Source: Sphyrna mokarran
Lineage: Eukaryota
Reading direction: 5' to 3'
Length of the DNA stretch: 64,000 bases
NCBI GenBank assembly: GCA_024679065.1
Contig: JAGIQG010000010.1
Span: 68,634,001-68,698,000 of the forward strand
In this document: in pieces, positions 51,517-64,000 of the stretch
Position numbering within the stretch: the stretch's first letter is position 1
Layout: every line of letters starts with the position of its first letter
Program-made: the position numbers and the translations under genes
The notes under the pieces: generated by a model
Seen by the model: only the letters and a program-made list of their open reading frames with translations
Databases searched by the model: none
What the model was told of the DNA's origin: nothing

Positions 51517-52294
51517 TGATATATTGGGTAAGCGTATGTTTCCCCAATTCAAATGTTGATCCACATAACTGATTTTTGTTTTGAGTTGCAGGGTCCGCAT
51601 TCTGGAAACAGTGGAATTAGTGACATTGTTTCGTTGATTTTATGGCGCACGGATGAGGAGATGAAACACTGGAGGAGTTGGTCAGGGAGCGGAGAGAATT
51701 GAAAGCACCCAGTAGCTGTCATTCACGGAGACTTGCCTTGCGTAGGCATACTCATCGGAAAGTATCTCCTAACCCATATTTCACTCCGGTGGAAATTGGT
51801 CAGAGTGGTGACACTCTCAATGTTAGTACTTGCTTTTTGTTTGTATTCGTATCACTTTTTTTTACAATAATGATAGTTTGCCAAATCCTCAAGATTAAAC
51901 ATTTCCTTTATCATCATTTTGCTCTGTAACAATTCCACCACGTTAACTTTCATGGGTTAAGGGTAACTCCATACTTTCGGCGCTTGTGTTTTGTGCCCTT
52001 ACCCTTTCCAGTTTGTTAAATTTTGTTTCTGTTCGTTTCTGACATCAAAATGGATAAAATCACTCGATTTCGAAATAAGAGACTGAGAATATTAAAATCG
52101 GGTAATAAATGTATCTCTGCATTGTTACAGTATTTCTAGCGTGCTTTAAAAAAGTAACCAGTTTGCTTCACAATCAAAAGCATTTTTGAGACAATCCCTG
52201 GCTCCACGTTTCAACAAGGGTCAGATACTGTGTCAGTATCAGCTCTCCGGAGCAACTCACAAGTAATTGAACACAGGCTAGTTTAGTTACATAC

Positions 52295-52431
52295 CTCAAC
52301 CTCTCGTTGTTCATCCTCTGAACCGCCTTATCCCGCTCCAGCACCTCCAGGATCGCATTCACTTCCTCCTTGCTGAGGAAACTCAGATCCACCGAGTGCT
52401 TTGATTTGGGCGTCCTTAAACGGTAAGACAT
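52295..52431 (-). CDS. EXPH5: EXPH5 coding exon 1 (Slp homology domain SHD1, Rab27 binding)
   Basis: MSYRLRTPKSKHSVDLSFLSKEEVNAILEVLERDKAVQRMNNERLR fits the SHD1 pattern DLSFLxxEExxxILxVLxR. Donor AG|GTATGT, 137 nt, phase 2. Confidence 0.9.
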
Positions 52432-52700
52432 CGCCGCTGAATCTCAGCAGCACTCAAGCCCTGGGTCGGCGGCCAGTGAGAGCAGAGGCTTCGACCGGCG
52501 GCAACTCAGTGAGAACGGCGCCCAGTGAGAGGAAAAGCCGCCCTGATAGACATACCCCACCGACAAATCACCACCGCTCTGAGCCAGCCACCAATCAGCT
52601 CAGGAGGAAGGCTGGGATCTTAGCTCACCTTGACAAGGTGAATTCCCTGGAACAGAGCCGGGACTAACATCTAAAAACTTCGCCTTGTGGGCGGATAGAA
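52432..52700 (-). promoter_or_regulatory. EXPH5 5' UTR / CpG-rich promoter
   Basis: GC- and CpG-rich island upstream of the ATG, CCAAT at 52591-52595, palindrome TCACCTTG-A-CAAGGTGA at 52625-52641. Confidence 0.6.
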
Positions 52701-54084
52701 TACCAAGTAGTTGCTAAATAAAAACTCCCCTTTCTATTGTTCCCCTCTGTCTGAAAATAGGCACAAAAGCAGCCGTGTAATCCTTGATCCCCAAATACAC
52801 AAAATGAGATAGCATTTTAAGCACAAAAACAACAGATTCCCACAAATGTTCATGCTCTATAGAAACCTAATTTCATCTGACTTCAACCTCTCAATATAAC
52901 CGTCTACTCTTTTCGGCATTTAATTAGTTCCACATTTTTTCTAAGGCTTTCTAACATTTTTTGAAGATGTAAAGTTTGGATTTACTAGTGATAATCTATA
53001 CTCCTAGTTTGAACAAATTGGAATATTTTCTCCATCCGATCAGATAGGTGCCTTCATCCTTTTAAAGACGTTTATCAGGTCAGGAAGTAATTCAACGTCT
53101 TTGAAACGTGGTGCTCGAGGAGAATCCTCAGGACAAGCTAATTGGGGAAAAACCAATGAAGAAGTGCTGAATGAGGCGGCCGAAGAAGCAAGTGAGCTCA
53201 TAAATAACATCAAAAAGTCTTGAATGGAGTTCTTTGGACGTGCCATCCACGCAGCTGAAAATGACTAATCACCAGCAGAGAGATTAATGGGAGAAGGGCA
53301 AGAGGCCAACAGTGAAGGGAACATCTGGGGATTAAGACTGGCTCAACCAGAACTCCAACAAGGTGGTCTAGTAATGCTATGGTTGGAAAATTTAAAAGTG
53401 GTAGCTATGTCACTGCATGACAATTAGATGATGACAATCAGATCACCTTTCAGTCTGTTCTGTCTCTTCAATTTTATTTGATTTATTAAATTTTGTTACC
53501 TTTCATTGTGCTAATTTGGTGATTATTAAGGACATTTAAAACAAATTGGCCAGCCTTACCTGGCTAATTATGATGCATATTATCCAAGCATCAACAAGTC
53601 ACATCGTTAAACTTAAGTTGCTCACGATGTATAAAATTGATCTTACTTAAAAAGAAAAAAAGAAAATTTGAACTAAGGACATTTTGAGTAACCAGAATCT
53701 TATAAAAATAATCAGAGATACATTCTACCCGAAGGGAACAAAAGCTCCCTACATTGTGACTATTGATGTTTATTCACACTTTACTAGTTTTAACTTATAT
53801 AGTTATATGTAGAGTATCACATTTGCGCTGTAGTTTTGTTAGAACTGGTCATCTATATAGCAATTTGGTGAGCATGTAACCAGAAACCATTCCAGTCCAT
53901 AGTGTACATATTTGATGTTCATTGCACATTATTTGTATAATTACTTTATTCAGAGTGTAGATAAAAGAGGAACCACAAATTATATGCTTTTGGTTCCAAC
54001 ATATCTTTAGTTAAAAATATTTTCCCACTTCTCTAACCAATTTTAAAGTTAGATCTATTAAAGTTAGATCACCTACTGATGGCT

Positions 54085-54300
54085 TGGCATCAAGAACAGT
54101 TTCTTCCCTGCTGCCATCAGACTTTTGAATGGACTTGACTCATTAAGTTGATCTTTCTCTACACCCTATCTATAACTGTAATACTACATTCTGCACTCTC
54201 TCCTTTCCTTCTCAGTGTATGGTATGCTTTGAATATATAGTCTGTAAAAAAAATACTTTTTACTGTATACCAAATACATGTGACAATAATAAATCAAATC
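54085..54300 (+). mobile_element. Rex1/Babar-like 3' UTR
   Basis: Aligns by eye with 8075-8289 and ends in aataataaatcaaatc. Confidence 0.75.
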
Positions 54301-57300
54301 TGTTCACGGTAGATGTTTGGGGTGGGAGTAAACCTTCAGTACAACTAGCCCGCCCCAACCTTTTAGTGCATTTCTAATAAAGAACTAAATTTGTAACTTC
54401 AACTTGCTTTCTTCCCTTCAAAAAATTTCAATTAAGGATTTTTTTATTCAGATTGCTCAAAAAAAATCCCAATTTTCTAATCTGTGATTGGACTTGCAGT
54501 TTGTATTAGTTGTTTGTTTTCTAGAGCGTTCTCAACAAACTTCATGTTGATGATGATTAAAAAATAATAATTGCTAAATAGAAAAAAGTCTGTCCAGTTT
54601 GCCTTCTGCATTCCTACTGGTCATATCCAATATGTTTCAACTTGAACTTGGTAGCTGACATCTGAAAAAAAACTTGCAATGTCACACACCTTCCCCATGT
54701 TGTTGCCAAATGCCAGCGGAAGCAACTCAAACTACTTAGTTATATATTAATAAACACTGGGCTATGGAATGCCTTTCTAAATTCTTGGAAAAGGCTGCAC
54801 GCACCACAGAAACAAGATAATCTGATGGTAGACATAACCTCTAGATTCTGTTTCAATTGAGAAATTAAATCTCAAAAATCATGACAGTCAAGACAATGGG
54901 AAGTGTGGAGCAAGGCAAGATTAATCTCAATCTAAACAAGGATGATATCCTTCTTAATACTTTCTTATTCCTCCTTGTAAATAAAAATTGTGTTCTGTTA
55001 ATTCTATGAAATTAGAATTCTTTCTATTTTGGGCACCCAACGTCAACATCAGGAACAGTCAATTTACTTATCCAATGTGTTAGTTATTTCTGAAGAAGTC
55101 ATGTTGAGTTTGAAACATTGACTCTCTCTCTCTCCACAGATGCTGCCATATCTGCTGGATTGTTCTCACACTCCCTGTTTTGAAATGCCAACATATTGAT
55201 AAGGGTGAATGATTAAATAGTTGGGACTAGGAATCGGAAGACACCCATCTGGCTGTCCAGACCAGGTCAGTATGTCACAACACCTGAAACTGGGCAATTC
55301 ATGAAATGATAATGATTTGGTTAAATCATTACCATTGTTTCTATTGATTTTTATAGATAGGTTATAAGAAAGGATTTTAAAAAATTAATTATTGAATGCA
55401 GGAGTTGCTGGGCTTTTGAATGGCCTATTAGACCATTTCAGAGGGCACTTAAGAGTCAATCACATTGCTATAGATCTAGAGTCACATGAAGGCCAGACTA
55501 GGTAAAGATGGCTGATTGCGTTCCATAAAGGACATTAGTGAATTAGATAGGTTTTTAAGACAATTGACAGAAGTATCATGGTCACCATTAGACTTCTACT
55601 AAATTCAAATTCCACCATTTGCCATGATGAATTTGAACCCAAGATTCCAGAGCATTCACCTGGATTTCTGGATTACTATTCCAGCGGCAATACAATTAGA
55701 CTACTACCTCCCCCTTTTCCTTTGGCCAAAGAACGCTTGGAACGAACCCACAAACTAACTTTCATGGAAGGATGAGTTGATGGGAGGGGCATCAGTACAT
55801 GTCACACTGACTGATGTGATGATGCCCAAAGCATAAACATTTGGTATAATCACATTTCCAATCAGGCAAATAAGAATGTACTACTTGTGGTTATAGGGAT
55901 CAAGAGATATGGGAAGAAGGTAGGATCAGGATATTGAATTTGATGATCAGCCATGATCAAAATGAATATAGTGGAAAGTCTGGAAGGGCTAATGACCTGC
56001 TTCTAGTTTCTATGTTGCTGCCTGACTGGATTATTTGCAGCATTTTCTATTTTTATTTTAGATTTTCAACATCTGCAATATTTTGCTTTTGTAATGGTAA
56101 TGCTGTTGCATTTTGAAGCCATTTCTCAGGCATTTGATTGCTTCCTGTCTTACTGATCCTCGATAAAATACAATCAGTGTCACCAATAATGGATAATCAC
56201 CACAGATCCTTTTGGAACTTGGAAGTGAAATATTTAAAATGGTTAATTAACAGATATCCCTGAATTCTAACAGCCCTATAGAAAAGGAAATCCATGAAGA
56301 TAATCGGTGCAAGATGTCTCTAATGAAAATGGATATTGGCTTTTTTTACACATTACTGATATATTTGGGTCTGCTGGATACCCATGGGAAGACTCATGTC
56401 AGCCACTTCCATTATAGTGGAATGCCCCACTTCAATGGTAATAGACTCACACTTCCCTACCACTGTTGTTGGTGGCCCCTCAAAATCAAGGATGACATTG
56501 AGTAGGCTTGGATGACTGAGGAGCTCAATTTTGTAGCCACAAGTTCTGTTGTAGTGGGAGTATGTTGTTGCATACGGGAGTGGATTTCATAGCCTTGGGT
56601 TAGCTTCCCAATCCTTTCCTTGCCACCACTGTTCTGTCTTGCTATCAAGTCAATGAGTCTCAAAACCTTGGGCTTTGATGGGCCAGATGGAACTATGATG
56701 AGCCGTTCACAACCTTTGCCTTTCCTTTAGTGATGTAAATGCCTCCAGGCTTTAGAGCAGTCTTGTCACCTCCCTATATCAACTTGTAGATTAGTGCAAT
56801 TCAGGTGCAGTGGAAGCATTCACTTGTGGTCTGAAATTGATGATTTGTGTTGTTTACCCACAAATGGACAAATTTTGCATTAGACAAGGAAAACATCAGT
56901 TGTTAATTCCACATTGAGAAATGTACAGAACAATAGATTTGAGCAGTGCAACGTTGGTCAGTTGATATAGATCATCTTATCTTGAAGAGAATAATTATCC
57001 TTTAATAAAAGCAAATTACTGCGGATGCTGGGATCTGAAACCAAAAGAGAAAACATTGGAAAATCTCAACAAGTCTGGCAATATCAGTAAGGTCACTTGG
57101 ACTTCCTACAGATAATTATTCTTTAGTCTGGTCAACAGTCCAATAAGCCCTGTCTTTTGCAGTTTTTAGCTACTATCATTTCTGATTTGAAAATAATTCT
57201 GTTGCAGTATTAAAGTTCCTTCGCTGAGTGAAAATTCAAAATTTTGAAACTCCTTCCCAAACAGCACTGTGGGTGTTCCTATGTGGATTGAGCGGCTCAT

Positions 57301-58199
57301 GAAGGCCACAGCTTTCACAAAGGAAATTAGGGATGGATAATAAATTCTGGCCTAGTCAATGATGTTCCATTCCATGAATGAATAAAGCAAAGATCTAGCC
57401 ATTGTCTATCCACTTGTATACACCAGAGTGCAATGATGAGATATATTTTCCCCATATGCAGACAAATAACTGAATTATTTATTTCTTTGTTTCTGGGATA
57501 AGCAATGTGCATATTATATTTTGCCAAGATGTATCATTTAAATATGTGAACATGTATTTCATTTTTTAAAACTTCAGTACTAAATGATTCTTTGCCAAAT
57601 CCTCTCTGTAGGAATGTTATCAAATAATCCAAAAATATGTGCTGGCTTCACACTATTCACTAATTGTCAAAGATCTGTTTCAACACCAATCTCTAGTTAC
57701 CTTTAGGAGGTAACCAGAAGCTGCAGCAACACCCAACAAAGCATCAATGTAACAAGCTACAGAGGCCCAATCCAGCTAGTCCTCTGAAGGTCAAAAATAC
57801 TGGACAGGAATAGCCAGTCAGTGCCGGGGATAAAAATTCACCAGTAGTTGTTGCTATCATCTCCTGAAGAGATATCACATTATAGCTCTGTCAACAGGCT
57901 CCCTGTGAATCACAGCAATCTGCCTCCACAGGTATTCCCAGTGAAACAGTCTTAAGATGCCACACATACAGGGTTGCCCAAAAGAATTCCCATTCTGCAC
58001 ATTATGATTTCTGCCCACGAGAAAACTCTGATATTGTGGAGAAAGGTAGCAAAAGGATACTTTAAGTGCAGTCACTGATGTTACATTGATAAACATGAAA
58101 GCTATTTAGAGTATGGCAAGATCCCACAAATAACAATAAAAGTCAATCATCAGCAAATCTGTTTTGATTGTGTTGGTTGGTGGGGTAAAGATTTGTTTT

Positions 58200-58500
58200 A
58201 GTTCAGTTTATTTTTTAGCATCACAAGCAGACTTACATTAACATTGCAATGAAGTTATTGTGAAAATCCCCTAGTCGCCACATCCAGCGCCTGTTTGGTA
58301 CACTGAGGGAGAATTTAGCATGGCCAATGCACCTAACCAGCATGTCTTTCCAGATGTGGGAGGAAACCAGAGCACCCGGGTGAAACCCACTTGGATGCAG
58401 GGAGAATATGCAGAGTCTGCACAATGACCCAAGCCAGGAACTGAATTTGGGTCCCTGGCACTATGAAGCAGCAGTGCTAACCACTGTGGCACCTTGCCAC
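58200..58500 (-). mobile_element. HE1-like V-SINE with a non-CR1 3' tail
   Basis: Head and V-core as in the other HE1 copies, but the tail differs (ggcgactaggggattttcac...cttgtgatgctaaaaaataaact). Confidence 0.8.
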
Positions 58501-60185
58501 TCCTAACTAGAATACCTGTAGAAATTGCTGTTCTTTGCAATGGGAATAATGATGTATATTGAACAGGTAGATTGATTTAACATTCCATCTGAGAGACAGC
58601 ATTTATTACAATGAAGCATTTTAGCTGTAATCCATAAAATGTCCAGTTAGATTAATGTGTTTCTTGAGAGTGTGATTTGAGTGAATAAGTGAGCAATTAC
58701 ATTTAGTAGCAAAGAATTACAGAGCTGACTGCCATTACTTCATCAGCGTGATGGTAGATCCAGTTTAACTGTGGATGATCCAGTAGCCCCTCCAATCTCC
58801 AAATTGTTGGTGTTTCAATCAGATCTTGGTTTTGATCTACAGTGCCCAATTTAAAGGGGAAATTTATCTCTGAAAATGGATGACAAGAGTGCCCAGTGTT
58901 AAATGATTAATGGTGACTTCTGTCTGTTTCATCCATATTACAGACAAAAATTACACCATTTAATTTTCACCTGTTATCTTGGCAGTGCCCATGAGATGCT
59001 TCCAGTTTCTTTACATCTTGCTTAGCAACATTTAATCAGGTCCACACAAGAGTACTGAAATAGCAGTACTTCTGTTTTTGTAGGGATATTTAAATCCTGT
59101 ATAAAACCTGACTGAAAAAAAAACAAATCTCAGTCTGGCAGACTCACTTCTCTCATTTGGTTCGTTACCTGAGCAGAATATGCCAAAGAATATCCCAAAC
59201 ACGTTATTTTTCCAATGAATCTCTGAGATCATGTTTTGCCAAAGTGGGTCATCTGCACAATCCAGATATATGGAAGACTGCCTGTAGAGCTTTGGTCTAA
59301 GATTCAATCCATAGACTCACTGAGCAAAATTGGAACCATGAAGCAGCTCAGACTTTTTTCAGATCTGATGCAGAATCTTTTACATTTGTGGTTCTCCAGC
59401 TGGACAAATAGCTCTGAGTCTGTACAGCAATACTTTCCAAATGTTTTCTCACTGTGTGCTATGTTTTCCCATTTTTAAGCTTGAAAATTGTCACAACCCC
59501 ATAGTGAAAATGAGCTGGAGAGTAAAATTGAGAAGCGCAGGGTGGATTTGGTAGAGTGAAGAGAGCTTGGGAGGGGAGGAAAGAGATTTGAGAGAGGGGG
59601 TGCAGCAGTTAAGCATGATGGGAAATTTTAAAATGCAGTTTTTTTTAAAACTATCTTTTCATAGACTTTTCTGCAACAGGAATCAGACCTCGAAGATCTG
59701 TCCATTAGGCCATGCCCAACAACTGAAAAGTAGTGAGAATTTAAGAGGGCCTCGGAGATGTTAGCAGTCAATTAAGCTCCATGACAGCCATGGCTGCTCT
59801 GGAGATCACAATCTCAAAAATCCCATTGCTCAATTCCATGGGGATCGCAACCCAAAGTTTGAGAAGTTCTGGTATGTATATTAAATTAGTCTCAGGAGAA
59901 TGTTAAGGAAATAGTCTTGTAATGACAACTCAAATTGTTTCTGCTGACAATATCAAAGGCTGCCTTGAGTTCTACATTTGTGACTTCCAGAGGGCAGTGA
60001 GACAATTACAGAGAGCGAATATGTAATACCTGATCCTGAGACTTGCATTGATGTACAAGGATGGAAAAAGTCTGTTAAACTGCAAAATACAATTATAAAA
60101 TAACCATACTTCTGGATTCAAAATTAACACCCAGACTTCTTAATTGCACCACATCCAAATTTGGATTTCTGGATTTGTGCCAATG

Positions 60186-60208
60186 AAGGAAGGAAGGAAG
60201 GAAGGAAG
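60186..60208 (+). repeat. (GGAA)n microsatellite
   Basis: gaaggaaggaaggaaggaaggaagg. Confidence 0.9.
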
Positions 60209-60453
60209 GGGGTCACACTCTCATTTTGTATGAGGTAAGGTTTACAAATGGCATATGCCAGTTATAGACTGGTAACTCTCTCCTTTCAGATACTGGAAAT
60301 GTTTTTTTAAATCTACTTTCTCAGCTTCAGCCACTCCTCACAGAAACCTACAGTGGATACCATACTTGCTCTGAGATTCATGGTAAAAATGAGTATGCAT
60401 AGTAGCTCAAAAATAATACGGCATATTTACTGTTTTTGCACAATTAGTGTAGG

Positions 60454-62330
60454 ATGTTACCATGTTCTTGTTATGTATTTATTCCTAACTAGCTCACTGG
60501 AGCTATACTTAATTAATGAATGCACTGAAAATGAGGTAATAGACCTAGTGCAGGAAACAGAGAGAAGCATCCATGGAAGAGATCACATATCAGTAATAAA
60601 ACTCTGTTCATTTTTAACCAAAGTCTGTCCTGTGTATCACACCTCCAATATACAACAAACTGGTGACAAGGATTAAGGATGTGTGCTTGCTAGCCACTCA
60701 CAAAGAAGGCATTTACTGAGGAAAAGTCAGAATATAAAGAAAACTTACATGTGTGCTAAGGGGGTGGAGGGGGAGCGAAATGTGAGTAAATGATTCTCTA
60801 CAAGCAGATTATAAATAAGAGGCTGAAATTCAATTAGAAACGTCGTGTAAGAAATTTGAGGTAACTGCTGGAAACAGGTGCAATGTACGTATACGGGAAA
60901 CCTGCTTAAGTGGAAAGACGGTGGGAGTTTTCAACATCTTAATCGTTGGATAAAAAAAAAGGGAGCATTGAAGCTCTTATACCAAGCATTTTTTATGCAG
61001 GGGAACAAAATAGGTGAAAATATTATGGTGCCCCCTTTCCTGAATGTGATGCTGAGGAAAAATTTTAATCTCCTTTGTAGTTTATTACAAACTAACACTG
61101 AATTAAAACGTACAAACAGATTATGGACATTCTGCAAGCACATTTTTCACCAAAATCCCTGGTGATTGCAGAGCGCTTTGGATGCCATAAAATAAATCAT
61201 AAGGAGAGGGAGTCAGTTGTACAATTTATGCCAGTACTTGAAAGTTTTGCAGAATTTGGAGATGTATTCAATGATGCTATTAGGGAAAGGATTGTTTGTG
61301 GTTGATGCAGTGAAGTGATGCAAAACTTTGTATTATCTCAGAGTCACTTTATTTTGCAGGAGGCCATTGAAATCACTGTTTCTATGGGACTGAGTGCAAA
61401 GGAAACTGAGAAATTGAGTTAGTGTACTTGAATAAACAATGTTCATTAAAGAAACACCAAAATCGTCAAAGCTTGTACATGTTGCGTGTGTGCAAAGCCA
61501 GGGCAGTATGCAGCTGAATGCAGGTGTAAAGGTCTGGAATATTAAATCTATGGAAAGAAGACACAGAGCATGCCTGCAGGAATAAAAAGTGAGCTATGAA
61601 CAAAAGAAAAGGCTAAGACAGCATTTAAACAAAATAAAAGAAGATGTCCATGCTGTAGAACAGGGTCAAAAGGACCAAAGAGACTCAGAGTCACAGGAGG
61701 AATTATGACTAAAAACGTGGACATTGCTGGTACTACATGTATAAACTGGGTCACTCTACTGCTAGTTAGGGAGCCAATAAGGATTGAAGTTGGCACTGGG
61801 GCAGCAGACTTGCTGGTGCCAGAGATTTGATAAACTCAACACAATTTGTTAAGGCCATCAATTATAGGCCGAAGACATGCACAGGTGAAGTGGTTCGTCT
61901 GGAGGGCCAGTTTGAAGTGGCTGAGCAATTCAATGGGCAAATAGATTTGCCTCCACACAGTGAAGAGAAATTATCCAATATTGATGGGTTGTACGTGACT
62001 GGAAAAGATTTGACTGAACTTTGAGCTGAAGTCAGTCAATATAACGACTAATGGAGAATAAGGCACATGAAAATTTTAAAAGAAACATACTGTTGTCTTT
62101 CATAGAAAATTAGGCAGGATCAGGGACATTATAGTCAAATTGAAAATAAAAGATGGAAGGCAGGTAAAATGCTTGAAAGCAAGTTCTGTACATATGTTAT
62201 TACGCCAAAGATGGAGGCTAACTTGGAGTGACTGGTCAAGACTGGAGTTCTAGAACTTGTCAGCATCGGTGAACATTACCCATTACATCACATTGAGGAG
62301 GAGATTCATAGAAATAATCACCAAAGTTGT
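60454..62330 (+). mobile_element. Degraded Gypsy/Ty3-like LTR retrotransposon (5' LTR, PBS, gag, protease, start of RT)
   Basis: LTR-like segment ending TACAACA at ~60657 with internal AATAAA, PBS-like TGGTGACAAGGAT at 60661, gag HFSPKSLVIAERF...IRERIVCG, decayed zinc knuckles, protease-like IEVGTGAA. Confidence 0.8.
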
Positions 62331-63387
62331 GTTGTGTATTATTAGACACAACGCAACTTGGTGCAATGTCTAGATTTTCTCAAGCAGTTGGTTTCCATGC
62401 AGAATGCTGTTTAGGTCCTGCATACCTATGCCACAATGTTTGATCTATTCATTATTGGACGGGTTTGCTTTGTCCTATTGGCTTGGAATAACTATTAAGC
62501 ATGATGATAGCTCACCTCTCCACATAATGCTGCTGGTAATTCTACGGTGCTGTGATCTGGCGTTTTCAGTTGTATTTGATGCCATTTGAACTAATAATTA
62601 ACAAACAATAATCAAGGTAGTAAAGCACTCATAGCAAACCTGTTTCTTATTTCAGAAATTACCAACACAACGGTTAAAGTATACATGCATTCACAAAGAT
62701 CACAGCGTTAAAATCACATTCAGAGCACTGACTATTCCTAATTATTTTCCAATCAAAATACAATATACACATTTGGTTAATAGAATGTACAGCACTGCTA
62801 TCTATCAGACAAATCCTTAATTATGCATTTCAAACAAGTCTATAATTACATTGGCCAGGATCTGCCAAGGAGCAGCAATAATTGTCAAATTGCCATTCTG
62901 CTCAAATTTCCCCTCAACTCAACACTGCTGAGCTGGCAGAGTGCAGCCTCCCCCAGGGAGCTAAATTGAAATCAGAAGGAGTTGGGGAAGACAGGACATG
63001 TCACCTTTTCATGGCACTAGCTGTCATATGGCAAGTTTAAATATCCAGTTTTTGAATGTCAGTGAATAGAAGAGGAAAGAATGAGTAGGGTGGTAGGATG
63101 GATGAGGTGGATCAGGAGATGAATAGGTAGGTTGATCAGGGTAGTTGGATTAGGAAGGTGACTAGTCAGGCTTGGTTGGGGGTAGTTGGGCCAAGATCCG
63201 CTCTGCAGTTATCCAAACTTTTAATCAGACTAATGTTACAAGTTCAAGACTATTATCCTTCTGGTGTAATGTGCTTATTGAACCATTTACAACATGGCTG
63301 CCCCCAAACATTCTCTTCTGGCAGAGGTTAGATGACTGGCAAGCCAGGTAAGAGATTTAATAATGATTGCATTTTAAAACCCAACTA

Positions 63388-64000
63388 TCCTCCTTTCCTT
63401 AACAAAAACAAATAACTTTGCATGCACTATCTTGTGTAACTGAGTTATCCACAGCATCCCAACTATTCTCATGCATTAATAAGTTGTTATTCTTGTCAAT
63501 CTCTACACAAGCATTGCACACAACGGTTAAATCTTGCAAGTCTCTTAATAGTATACATGCGCATTGTCACTGGCTGTCTGGATAACGTTCCTTCTCTAGG
63601 GAGTGTCACTCCTGTGGCACTGTTGTTTCAGTAGTAATTGTTGTTCCATTTCCATTGTTGGATATCAGTGGGTTGTGGGGTAGTGGTGGAGCTCTGGGAG
63701 TGATGGTTGCTCCGCACTATAAAGTTGGTGGGATCTCATTTTTTTGATTAGCTATCTGCAGTGAAGGAACAGTTTCTCTAGTTGTTCATATATGCCAGTA
63801 CATTGGTCATTCCCTTCCACTGTGTATGATCGAGATGACAATTGCTCTAGACATGTCCCACGTTGCCATATATGCTGACTGCTGTTGAGAACATTGAAGA
63901 TGTGTACCCCAGTAGGATCTCATTTTGTGATCATCATTCTGATAGTTCCAACCACTTATCAGTTTAGACTCGAAGGAAACAACCTGTTGTATCTCTTATG
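63388..64000 (-). mobile_element. Gypsy-like integrase C-terminal remnant with polypurine tract
   Basis: Minus-strand WQRGTCLEQLSSRSYTVE resembles the integrase C-terminal W..G....PRSY.V motif. PPT-like AAGGAAAGGAGGA at ~63388-63402. Confidence 0.5.

Noticed and set aside
60878-62024. Domesticated gag/protease gene
   Set aside because: Multiple stops, frameshifts and mutated catalytic and zinc-knuckle residues indicate neutral decay.

Overview
Eukaryotic genomic DNA, inferred to be from a cartilaginous fish (shark) because of its HE1-type V-SINEs, Deu-core SINEs, CR1/HER1-like LINEs and Penelope-like elements. Two spliced genes lie on the minus strand in the order known from human 11q22. (1) POGLUT3/KDELC2: coding exons 1-7 were reconstructed with consistent GT-AG phases (465 codons); the last exon lies left of the window. 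(2) EXPH5 (exophilin-5/Slac2-b): six coding exons give a predicted 3215-aa protein. Its ~9.0-kb terminal coding exon has expanded by hierarchical tandem duplication (a ~50-aa unit nested in a ~670-aa super-repeat). The rest of the window is introns and intergenic DNA full of decayed retroelements. The most unusual observations are: two diverged CR1 copies whose 3' UTRs carry the same cassette (splice-acceptor-like tract, a structurally conserved ~130-nt hairpin, a B-box-less V-SINE body); the repeat-expanded EXPH5 exon; templated patchwork insertions at LINE junctions; palindromic Penelope-derived elements with hammerhead-like cores; and a motif-dense candidate internal promoter/enhancer in EXPH5 intron 3. 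All calls were made by eye without database searches, and repeat boundaries are approximate.
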